Virus record (IMG/VR): IMGVR_UViG_3300031992_000051
Coordinates: 31,688 to 95,687 of that record
DNA: 64,000 nucleotides
Direction: 5' to 3' (one strand)
Origin: a virus
Lineage: Duplodnaviria > Caudoviricetes
The notes under the pieces were generated by a model. The model did no database searches and had not been told where the DNA came from. It saw only the letters and a program-made list of their open reading frames with translations. This document shows positions 39,833 through 47,320 of the stretch, piece after piece. The position numbers and the translations under genes are program-made. Each line of letters begins with the position of its first letter. The stretch's first letter is position 1.

Positions 39833-39945
39833 TTCCACCACCTTTCGTGCTGCGGGTACGTGTCGCCGCTCGGGACGTCCGTGCGGCTCTTGCAGCCTGC
39901 GACCGCGGCCAGCAGCATGGCCGCAACTACCAACGCCTTCGTCAT
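39829..39945 (-). CDS. Tiny lipoprotein (38 aa)
   Basis: MTKALVVAAMLLAAVAG-C lipobox, GGAGG SD, ATGA overlaps on both sides. Confidence 0.6.
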   Translation of the reverse strand: MTKALVVAAMLLAAVAGCKSRTDVPSGDTYPQHERWWK

Positions 39946-40346
39946 TTCGCGCCTCCGGTCACCGTGGACGTGGCGGCGCCGCGGATCGCGTTCACGCCCT
40001 CCGCCCCGGTCTTGATGTATATGACCGCCCACACGAGGACGAGTATTAGCACGAAGTACCGCAGGGACTCGGAGGAGAGCAGGAGCGTGAGCCAGCCCCC
40101 CTCCTTCTTCTGCGGCGTCCGAAGGACGCACTTCGAGCACAGGTTCTCGTGCCTCCTGTCGACGAGGGCCTCGAGCTTGTCGAGCGTCCACAGGTTGTCC
40201 TGTATCTTCCCGAGCTCGTCCAGCACCTTCGTCTGCGACCTGAGAAGCGCGGCGGAGACCTTGTCGCGGGTCTTGTCGTCCGCCTCCCCGCGGTCGAGCA
40301 TGGAGAGCACCGCCTCCGTCTGGTTGTCTGCCATTATGTCGGCCAT
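39942..40346 (-). CDS. Putative holin-like membrane protein (134 aa)
   Basis: Hydrophobic YFVLILVLVWAVIYI segment, GGAGG SD, adjacent to the peptidase. Confidence 0.55.
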   Translation of the reverse strand: MADIMADNQTEAVLSMLDRGEADDKTRDKVSAALLRSQTKVLDELGKIQDNLWTLDKLEALVDRRHENLCSKCVLRTPQKKEGGWLTLLLSSESLRYFVLILVLVWAVIYIKTGAEGVNAIRGAATSTVTGGAK

Positions 40347-40412
40347 CTCCGATGTCCTCCAGGGAAAACGTCGCGTCCGGGCTCTCCTCCGGGCGCGACA
40401 AACCGGTTTCAG

Positions 40413-40757
40413 CTATTGCGCTCCGGTCTCGACGTAGCCGATCATCTTGGACAGGTCGTCGGCCGAAAGCCATATCCCGAGCTTCTTCACGAAAAGCTCG
40501 CCTCCCGCCGCGGCGATGCCGCCGTCGACGCCCTTGCGCACGAGGTCCATGTCGATGTTCCCCTCGGCGTCGACGAGCCCTAGCTCCTTCGCGTCCGCGA
40601 ACTGCTCGTCGGTGATGCGGAGCATCCCCATCGCGTGCGCCCACCCGATCTTGAACCGGGCGGCGTTGTCCTCCTTGCCGCGGTTCAGCTTGGGCATGAG
40701 GACCTTCACCATGTACTCGTCGATGCGCTGGCTCGCGAGCTCTCTTGATACCTTCAT
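40413..40757 (-). CDS. Hypothetical protein (114 aa)
   Basis: AAGGAG SD. Confidence 0.7.
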   Translation of the reverse strand: MKVSRELASQRIDEYMVKVLMPKLNRGKEDNAARFKIGWAHAMGMLRITDEQFADAKELGLVDAEGNIDMDLVRKGVDGGIAAAGGELFVKKLGIWLSADDLSKMIGYVETGAQ

Positions 40758-40790
40758 CTCTTTTCTCCTTCGTTAGGCCGGGCCGGAATT

Positions 40791-40840
40791 GGCCGTCGCC
40801 GGCGGGAGGAAGCCCGGGCTGCCTCCCGCCGACGGCGGTC
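40791..40840 (-). terminator. Long intergenic hairpin
   Basis: GGCGGGAGG...CCTCCCGCC inverted repeat right after the 40847 stop. Confidence 0.45.
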
Positions 40841-40846
40841 ACGGGA

Positions 40847-41317
40847 CTAGCCCTGGCCCTGCTGCGTCGTCTTCGGCATCGCCGCGACGATGGCATTCGC
40901 GAGGGTGGTCACGTCAGGCGCGGGGGCCGGGACGGGAACGACCTGCACGGGGCCGACGCCGGGGGCGAGGTTCGAGTTGGGGAGCATCAGGCGGAACGCG
41001 GAACGAAGCTCCGCGACCTGCTCCTTCAGGCAGTCGATGCGGCCTTCCTGCTTGGCGTTCCAGGCGACCTGGGCCGTGTTCAGCTCGTTCGCGTAGAGCT
41101 TCGCCTTCAGCTCCTGGTTCTCGGCCGTGAGGTCGAGGGTCTTCTGCGTGACCGGCTCCATGCCGGGCGGTGGCGGGGGCGGGTTGCCGCCGAGCAGGTT
41201 GCCCAGGATGCCGCCCGGGCCCTTGACCGCAGACGCGGTGGCGGCGGCCGCGAGCCAGTACAGCGGGCCCTTCAGCCCGCCGCCCTCGTAGACGCCGTCT
41301 TCGTTGTCGGATCTCAT
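40847..41317 (-). CDS. Hypothetical protein (156 aa; Gly-rich hydrophobic N-region plus coiled coil)
   Basis: True start ATG 41317 after AAGGAG. Resembles, from memory, a conserved hypothetical family found near lysis genes of gut phages. Confidence 0.65.
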   Translation of the reverse strand: MRSDNEDGVYEGGGLKGPLYWLAAAATASAVKGPGGILGNLLGGNPPPPPPGMEPVTQKTLDLTAENQELKAKLYANELNTAQVAWNAKQEGRIDCLKEQVAELRSAFRLMLPNSNLAPGVGPVQVVPVPAPAPDVTTLANAIVAAMPKTTQQGQG

Positions 41318-41379
41318 GTGATGATTCTCCTTGTTTGGATGTTGCGTTGACTTCTCCCCGCCCACCCGGGCAGGGAAAA

Positions 41380-41736
41380 TCACTTGCCCGCCTGCGGGTC
41401 GGCCGGGGCCTTCGCGGGATCCTCCTTCTCGGGCTCCGCGCCGTCCCCGCCCATCTCGGACTCGACGACCTTCGCGGCGGCCTCGAGGGCGGCGTACGTC
41501 GCGCACTCCTCGTTGTAATGGATCCACTTCCCGAACGCTCCGATCGCGGCGGACCTCTTTTCGCCCGACTTCGTGTGGTCGAAGACGTCGGCGACCATCG
41601 TCATCATGCCCTCCCACGAGCACGGGTCCATGCCTTCGGGGAGCTCGGCTCCCATGGCGCGGAGGCACGTGGCGGCCTCCTTCTTGCTCTTCTCGAAATG
41701 GGCCTTCATCACGGCCATCTCTGTCTCTGGCTTCAT
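41380..41736 (-). CDS. Hypothetical protein (118 aa)
   Basis: AGGAG SD; downstream of the promoter at 41767-41795. Confidence 0.7.
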   Translation of the reverse strand: MKPETEMAVMKAHFEKSKKEAATCLRAMGAELPEGMDPCSWEGMMTMVADVFDHTKSGEKRSAAIGAFGKWIHYNEECATYAALEAAAKVVESEMGGDGAEPEKEDPAKAPADPQAGK

Positions 41737-41766
41737 GGTTTTCTCCTGTTGGTGGCTTTCGGCTCA

Positions 41767-41795
41767 AGTATACAAAATCCCGGTCCGGCGGGCAA
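41767..41795 (-). promoter_or_regulatory. sigma70-type promoter (TTGCCC-17-TATACT)
   Basis: Minus strand TTGCCC gccggaccgggattttg TATACT. Confidence 0.6.
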
Positions 41796-41880
41796 GCGGA
41801 AAAAGAGGAAATTTTCGGGCACCGTCTTCTGTCGCCCCACAGCGTGCCAAACGCGCGGCCTCTCCGTCGGCTCGTCGCGC

Positions 41881-41936
41881 CGCCTCCCCGCGAGAGGGGC
41901 GAGCCGTTTCCAGTTAGCCCCTCTCGCGGCGGGGCG
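41881..41936. terminator. Strong inverted repeat closing the fibre operon
   Basis: CGCGAGAGGGGC...GCCCCTCTCGCG perfect 12-bp arms with further flanking pairing. Confidence 0.5.
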
Positions 41937-41993
41937 AAATCCCTAGTCCTTCACGCACCGCTCAAGCGCGGTCTGCATTTCAAGCGTCATCTT

Positions 41994-42098
41994 CTAGTTC
42001 CTCCTAAAAATCTCTGTCGCGTTTTCGCCCATTCGTGCCTCATACGCCGATTTCTCCGCCCATGTATTGAGTTTTTCGTACCGTTCATCTTCAGTCAT
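41994..42098 (-). CDS. Possible 34-aa ORF (MTEDERYEKLNTWAEK...)
   Basis: GAGGTG SD, inside the low-GC patch; followed in frame by a 15-aa ORF (41943-41990) with AGGAGG SD. May be gene remnants. Confidence 0.3.
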   Translation of the reverse strand: MTEDERYEKLNTWAEKSAYEARMGENATEIFRRN

Positions 42099-42106
42099 GT
42101 CGCACC

Positions 42107-42763
42107 TCAATTCCAATGGCCGCCGGTGAAGTTGCCGGTCTTAGTCAAAAATGTTTTCGTGACTTGGTTGTAAAACGTGTAGACTCCTTCGAAGGTTATA
42201 CACGGTACCAAGTCATAAAGCAATTCTCCGTTTATTTTCAAGGTAGTGCGGCCCATTCTGAGAATTGCAGAACAGAGGAAATTAGTCCGGTTGAATAGAC
42301 GAATGTATGATTGGAATGAATATCCAGAATATGCGGGATATGTCGTGTTCGTCACTAGTTGCTCAGTTCCCCCGCTTGTGAGATTCTGGACCCATCCCCG
42401 TTGGATGCCATCGCCCATAATTGACTTAACCCGAAAACGCTGATTATTTATGAAAGCAACACTTCCCGAATCGTCTGTGCCTTGCGTGCCATAGTTAAGG
42501 TCAAGTTTGGCATTGAAAGTCTGTGCGATAAAAAACCAGACCATCGGGGAAGAGTCAATGGCTCCGCAAATGATCTTGTTTTGGTAATTCGTATCGTATA
42601 CAATGGTCTCAAATTCGTAGATCGCGGAGAAGTCAGGTTTGATACCTAGGTCGAAATACTTGTTTTGTGCCGCTGCAGAGTCAAGATAATCTAGTTCCTC
42701 GGCATACGGCAGCTTCGGCTTGCGCCGCGCCGCGAGAAAGATGCCTGCTGCCGCGTTCATCAT
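42107..42763 (-). CDS. Low-GC putative receptor-binding beta-sandwich (ConA/LamG-like) protein (218 aa)
   Basis: LDYLDS...YFDLG...LLYDLVPC...FYNQVTKTF matches the VEYVEATGTQWIDTG...LVRDFRPC...LYDAVSGSVF domain of 43269-45926. Visibly AT-rich DNA. Confidence 0.65.
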   Translation of the reverse strand: MMNAAAGIFLAARRKPKLPYAEELDYLDSAAAQNKYFDLGIKPDFSAIYEFETIVYDTNYQNKIICGAIDSSPMVWFFIAQTFNAKLDLNYGTQGTDDSGSVAFINNQRFRVKSIMGDGIQRGWVQNLTSGGTEQLVTNTTYPAYSGYSFQSYIRLFNRTNFLCSAILRMGRTTLKINGELLYDLVPCITFEGVYTFYNQVTKTFLTKTGNFTGGHWN

Positions 42764-43269
42764 AGCGCGGCCTCCGTTGGAATGGTGGCGAGGAACGCGT
42801 CAATCTCCGCGCGGGTCTTGCCCAGCGCGTCCGCCGCGCCGTCGAGAAGCGCGTTCCAGCGCGTAGCGTCGGGGTAGCCTTCCTCGATGTAGTCGCAGTC
42901 CGTGAGCGCCTCCCACGCGGTATATCCCGTCGCGATTTCAGAGGACGAAAGGAACGTGCGCGCGGCGGCGAGCATCCTCGCGTTGGCGAGGGCGGTCTTG
43001 ATGGACAGGCGCGTCCACCTGCGCGGGGGCGGGGACGGGTTCTCACGCACCTCGTACTCACGCTCGATATGGTCTGGCAGGTCGCGCCAGCCAGTCGGCG
43101 CGGCATAGTGCGCCTCGTCGGTCTCAGGCGGCACGTCCACGACGGGCTTGTAGCCGGCGGCCAGGTAGTCCGCCGCTAACGGGCGGACGACCATAACCCC
43201 TCCCGGGAAGACGAGGACAGACGGGGCCGCCTCGAACGCCCCGTCCCTGATTCTGCCGTACTCTGCCAT
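42760..43269 (-). CDS. Putative tail fibre assembly/chaperone-like protein (169 aa)
   Basis: True start ATG 43269 (MAEYGRIRDG) overlapping the fibre stop; directly downstream of the fibre gene. Confidence 0.55.
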   Translation of the reverse strand: MAEYGRIRDGAFEAAPSVLVFPGGVMVVRPLAADYLAAGYKPVVDVPPETDEAHYAAPTGWRDLPDHIEREYEVRENPSPPPRRWTRLSIKTALANARMLAAARTFLSSSEIATGYTAWEALTDCDYIEEGYPDATRWNALLDGAADALGKTRAEIDAFLATIPTEAAL

Positions 43270-45926
43270 CACTGCACCTCCTTGAAATGGTCCACCCGGC
43301 AGAACAGCACGCCGGAGCGGACCTCTGTGAACGAATAGATCGCGGACTCCCCGGAAACCGCCGGGCCTGCGGAAAGAGGATCCGTCTTCGACTTGAAGAC
43401 CGACCCGGAGACGGCGTCGTAGAGCGCCCCGCCCCCGTCCACGGCGCACGGGCGGAAGTCGCGGACGAGGATTCCGTCCTGCCATATCTTCAGCCAGTAC
43501 AGCCTGTCCCGCGAGAAGTCCAACGGGCCGTAGTCCGTGTTGTCGGCGAATACCCCCATCGTAAGCCCGGTGTTGACGAGCCCGTATGACGACACGTCGA
43601 CCGTCTTTGACCTGATCACGGACCCGTCGGCGGCGTAGCTCGCCGCGTTCCATACGCCCGCCGCCGTGATGCCGCTGTCGACCGAGTAAGTCCCGCCGAA
43701 AGGCACATACCCCCATTCGTCGATTGCGAACCCGTACTTGTCCGCGTACTGCATGTCGAGCGCCTGGTTATAGAAGCCGACCAGGTTGAACCGCCCTATG
43801 TTGCTGCGGAACGCGCCGACCAGGACCGGAAACGACGTCATGCCGGCGTTGTGCGTGAACTTGGCCGTGACGTGCGTCCCGACCCTGCCGACCACGCCCG
43901 TGTCGATCCACTGGGTCCCGGTCGCCTCGACGTACTCGACGAACTGGGGCGTCGCGGAGCCGGACCTGCCGACGACGGCCCCCGGCCCGGCGAACTCGAC
44001 ACGCGGCGACCCGGGGATCAGCACCTTGAAGTCGCGCGCCCGGCCTTCGACGGCCGGCGGGAAGACGAGGCGGACGGACGAAACGCCATCTGGAATCGCG
44101 GTGATTGCGCGGTCGGCGAGGGCGTAGGGGACAAGGAGATTGGGGATGGTCTGCAGCTCGTCGCCGTTGGCGTCGTAGAACTTGTAGGTTCCACTCGACC
44201 CGTCTGCTCCGTTTGTTCCATTTTCTTTCCATGAGAAAACCACAGCCCCTGCAATAACCATCCTCCAGTACACCATATCGGTTGGCGGTAGAGAAAAGCG
44301 CTCAATTTCGTAGCTAACCACTTCGCCGTTCTCCCTAACCGTCGCACCTTCCGGCAGTCTCGCGCCCGTCGTCGCGTACCCCGCCTCCGCGATGCGGTAG
44401 CGGAGGTCGGCGGCGTCCGCCTTGCCCGGCACGGCGGCGATGTTGGCGAGCTGCGATGCGGAGAGCGCGTCTTGCTTGGTCGCAACCATGCTAGTCTTCG
44501 CAAGCGAGTCCCCCTCCACGCGCTGCGTCACGGACGACGCGCGCGCCACGACGGTGACGTTGTCCGCGCCACTCACAAACACCACCTCCGTCGCGTCCTG
44601 CGGCACATCGCGCGCCATGGCTTCTATACCCCCCGCAGAGGGCGCGGATGAAAGCCGCCAGACGGTCTGGCCAAGCCTCATCATGACGTAAGTCGCCGTA
44701 GACGCGACGCCTGTGTCCGTCCATGTCTCGGTCGGGAACCCGTCCGTCAACACCAGCGGTATCGACTCGGAGACCCCTTCAAGGGTAAGCACCCATGCGT
44801 CGCCATAAACCGCAAGGTCTTTGAGCCCGCGCTTCCCCGCGAGCGTGTTGCCCGTCGCCTCGACCCGGTCGTAGAGCGTGCTGCCGTCCCCGGCCCAAGT
44901 CGAATTGTCGGGACCCGGCTCGTCGTCAGGAGTGGCGTAGTTCAAGGCGACCCACGCTCTCCCCGCGTGCCAGACGACGGCGCCTTCGGCATACGACTCC
45001 GCTCTCCACGCGGGGTACGCCGCCGCGCCGTCCAGCTTGCCGCTTATGTCCTGATGCTCGACGAGGACGGTCTGGGAGAGCCCGCTCTTCAGCTGGACGA
45101 CCTTCTTCGTCGCGTCGGCGCCGGCCGTGACGGTCATCTCCGACTTCTCCGCCTTGCCGGACACGTCCTGGTGCGCGACGAGCACCTCCTGCGAGAGCCC
45201 GCTCTTCAGCTGGATCGTCTTCTTTGTCGCGTCGGCGCCGGCCGTGACGGACATCTCCGACTTCTCCGCCTTGCCGGAGACGTCGACCTCCCGCGTCATC
45301 GAGGACCCGTCGGCGTTCACGGCGGTCACGCGCACGTTGCCGGTCGCCGGGTTCACGTCCACGACGACGGTCGGGGAGACGCCGGGCGGCCCGTCCTCGC
45401 CGTCGTTCACGGTCTCCGTGTGGGTCCCGTTCACGTCGGTGACGGAGATCGCGAGGACGTGCCCGGACTTCGTGAGGGTGACGGTCGGCGAGATCCCGTC
45501 CGCCCCCTGGACGACGTTCGTGTCCATGGCGCGGAGGATGAGGGGGACCTGGCAGGCCGCCCAGGTCTTCACGGAATCCGATATGACGAGCCAGGCGTTG
45601 ACGAGCGCGGAGGGCATCCCGTTCGTGTCGGTCGCGGTCGCGTCGTTCACGATGGACTCGTACCAGTCCTTGAGGGCCTGGGTCGCGAGGGTCATGGCGC
45701 CCCTGCGCTCGGAGGGGTGCCCGGGGACCTCCGCGAAGGACGAGCACTGCGCGAGGACCGTGGACGCAGAGGAGTCCTTGAAGAGCTTGAGCTGGAGGGC
45801 GGCCGTCTGCGCGCCCGTGACGCCCGACAGCGTGACGGAGGAGTACGCGTCGCCCGCGGCGAGCGCGTGTACCTCGCGGAACCTGACGGTCCGCTCCGTG
45901 GGGTTCACCTTTATTGTCAGTTCCAT
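43269..45926 (-). CDS. Tail fibre protein (885 aa)
   Basis: N-terminal attachment region, GADGISP/GEDGPPG linkers, 39-aa tandem repeat, short aromatic carbohydrate-binding-like motif (YPAW..Y..G.VVWHAG..W), C-terminal beta-sandwich. Confidence 0.75.
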   Translation of the reverse strand: MELTIKVNPTERTVRFREVHALAAGDAYSSVTLSGVTGAQTAALQLKLFKDSSASTVLAQCSSFAEVPGHPSERRGAMTLATQALKDWYESIVNDATATDTNGMPSALVNAWLVISDSVKTWAACQVPLILRAMDTNVVQGADGISPTVTLTKSGHVLAISVTDVNGTHTETVNDGEDGPPGVSPTVVVDVNPATGNVRVTAVNADGSSMTREVDVSGKAEKSEMSVTAGADATKKTIQLKSGLSQEVLVAHQDVSGKAEKSEMTVTAGADATKKVVQLKSGLSQTVLVEHQDISGKLDGAAAYPAWRAESYAEGAVVWHAGRAWVALNYATPDDEPGPDNSTWAGDGSTLYDRVEATGNTLAGKRGLKDLAVYGDAWVLTLEGVSESIPLVLTDGFPTETWTDTGVASTATYVMMRLGQTVWRLSSAPSAGGIEAMARDVPQDATEVVFVSGADNVTVVARASSVTQRVEGDSLAKTSMVATKQDALSASQLANIAAVPGKADAADLRYRIAEAGYATTGARLPEGATVRENGEVVSYEIERFSLPPTDMVYWRMVIAGAVVFSWKENGTNGADGSSGTYKFYDANGDELQTIPNLLVPYALADRAITAIPDGVSSVRLVFPPAVEGRARDFKVLIPGSPRVEFAGPGAVVGRSGSATPQFVEYVEATGTQWIDTGVVGRVGTHVTAKFTHNAGMTSFPVLVGAFRSNIGRFNLVGFYNQALDMQYADKYGFAIDEWGYVPFGGTYSVDSGITAAGVWNAASYAADGSVIRSKTVDVSSYGLVNTGLTMGVFADNTDYGPLDFSRDRLYWLKIWQDGILVRDFRPCAVDGGGALYDAVSGSVFKSKTDPLSAGPAVSGESAIYSFTEVRSGVLFCRVDHFKEVQ
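45036..45284 (-). repeat. 117-bp (39-aa) tandem repeat, ~2.1 copies
   Basis: DVSGKAEKSEM.VTAGADATKK..QLKSGLSQ.VLV.HQ twice, then DISGK. Confidence 0.85.
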
Positions 45927-45970
45927 CGAAACGTCTCCGTGCGCGGGGCTCTCCTTCCCGGACGGCGCAT

Positions 45971-45999
45971 ATTATAGCACATTCCCCGGCGTGGTTCAA
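45971..45999 (-). promoter_or_regulatory. sigma70-type promoter at the head of the structural arm (TTGAAC-17-TATAAT, extended -10)
   Basis: Minus strand TTGAAC cacgccggggaatgtgc TATAAT. Confidence 0.75.
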
Positions 46000-46190
46000 G
46001 AGGGGGAGGGGCGGATTCCATACCGGTATATGTGGTCAATCCCCCTATGCTCGTGGGCTTCTGCCAAAAGGCGCTATCGTCAGTACATCTGCTGCGCACA
46101 GGTAATCGCCACCCCTGCCGCTGCTGCGCAGGCGTCGCGGGCGCTCCGCTGCGCAGTCCCTCCCCACCCCGCCCAAGCGTCCCAAGCCAG

Positions 46191-46328
46191 CCGTCCAAAT
46201 CATCAGACCCTGCGGAAGGGTCTGCCGCACGGTGCGCCACGCGTGCCGTCCAAATCATCAGACCCTGCGGAAGGGTCTGCCGCACGGTGCGCCACGCGTG
46301 CCGTCCAAATCATCAGACCCTGCGGAAG
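46191..46328. repeat. Perfect 55-bp tandem repeat, 2.5 copies, each full copy with a hairpin
   Basis: CCGTCCAAATCATCAGACCCTGCGGAAGGGTCTGCCGCACGGTGCGCCACGCGTG at 46191 and 46246, partial at 46301. Internal CAGACCCT/AGGGTCTG stem. Confidence 0.92.
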
Positions 46329-46383
46329 CCAACGGCACTAGGCGACCGCACATCATCAACCCCGTGCCACAGGAGGACTCCCC

Positions 46384-46800
46384 ATGGAGACCATCGAAAC
46401 CTTCGTCACGCTCTCGGTACACGAGGGCGTCAACGCCGACGGCAAGCCCGTCCGCTTCATCCGCGCCCGCTTCCAGGTCGACGCGGACACCTACCTCACG
46501 GCCTTCAACCCGAAGGGCGTGGCCAAGCTGGAGCTCGTGAAGCGCGTCTCGCGCACCACGGGCAAGGTGCGCACGCAGACGCGCTGGCCGGTGCTCGTGC
46601 GCTACCAGCGCGACACCGTGGTCGGCTCGGACGTCGTGGCCCGCTGCGAGCTGGAGCCGCGCGCCTTCGTGGCCACCGCGATGCAGTCCGCGGACGCGGC
46701 CGACCTCGCGGCCCTCGACGCGGCCGCCGCCAAGCCCGCCCCGGACGCCGCCAAGCCCTCCCAGGCCCCCTCGGAGCCCGCGGAGGAGCCCCTCGCCTAG
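46384..46800 (+). CDS. Hypothetical protein (138 aa), first gene of the plus arm
   Basis: AGGAGG SD, strong codon bias, downstream hairpin. Confidence 0.75.
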   Translation: METIETFVTLSVHEGVNADGKPVRFIRARFQVDADTYLTAFNPKGVAKLELVKRVSRTTGKVRTQTRWPVLVRYQRDTVVGSDVVARCELEPRAFVATAMQSADAADLAALDAAAAKPAPDAAKPSQAPSEPAEEPLA

Positions 46801-46818
46801 CCGCCCCAGGCCGCCCTG

Positions 46819-46847
46819 CGACCCTCGCCCACCACGGGCGGGGGTCG
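46819..46847 (+). terminator. Hairpin after 46384-46800
   Basis: CGACCCTCGCCC accac GGGCGGGGGTCG. Confidence 0.55.
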
Positions 46848-47069
46848 TTGGAGCGTTTACCCTGACTTCGATTATCTGGGGTGACCGGCAAAGGGGTACC
46901 AAGGCCCATAATTGCAAAAATGGGGTATTTTGGGGGCCTTGGGGAGGGTCGGCGCGGAATTGTGCCAAATTGCCAACGGTATGTTTTCTATTTGTGCCTA
47001 CTTTGTAGCGGAGTACCGAGCGCGGAGCGCCCTGCATTGGCTTTGCTTCCCTTGGTTTCCGAGATGTCC

Positions 47070-47200
47070 CATTTTACTCTATAATATAATTATCTTTAAG
47101 AGTGAAAAAATAATAATATAATAAGGGGGAAAAAGAATAGAATAGCCTATAGGGAAAAGAAAAATTATTTTTCGTAGAATTGCAGAGCAAGTCATATCTT
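47070..47200. other. Extremely AT-rich patch (possible origin unwinding element or promoter/UP region)
   Basis: A/T runs and ATAAT repeats in an otherwise very GC-rich sequence. Confidence 0.5.
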
Positions 47201-47320
47201 GCAAAACGAAGGCATCCAAGATGTACTTCGCTGCGCTATGGCGTCAGTCGAGCACCATTCAAGTGGCGCATAAAGAATTGATGCCGTTGGCGGTTTCGCC
47301 AGACAGTTTTAGCACTTATA

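Noticed and set aside
39829-39850. Programmed frameshift joining the lipoprotein to the peptidase
   Set aside because: No slippery heptamer; an ordinary ATGA translational coupling explains the overlap.
27375-45926. Diversity-generating retroelement or invertible tail-fibre switch
   Set aside because: No reverse transcriptase, no near-identical TR/VR pair differing at adenines, and no invertase or inverted cassettes in the window.
204-45977. Numerous long plus-strand ORFs over the structural arm (e.g. 2183-4927, 8435-11455, 16273-19785, 21819-24854) and minus-strand ORFs over the early arm
   Set aside because: Shadow frames of high-GC genes: Arg/Gly/Ala-biased, no SDs, and fully overlapping better-supported genes on the other strand.
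46191-46328. Mini CRISPR array (28-bp repeat plus 27-bp spacer)
   Set aside because: The two would-be spacers are identical, so it is a tandem repeat; there is no cas operon.
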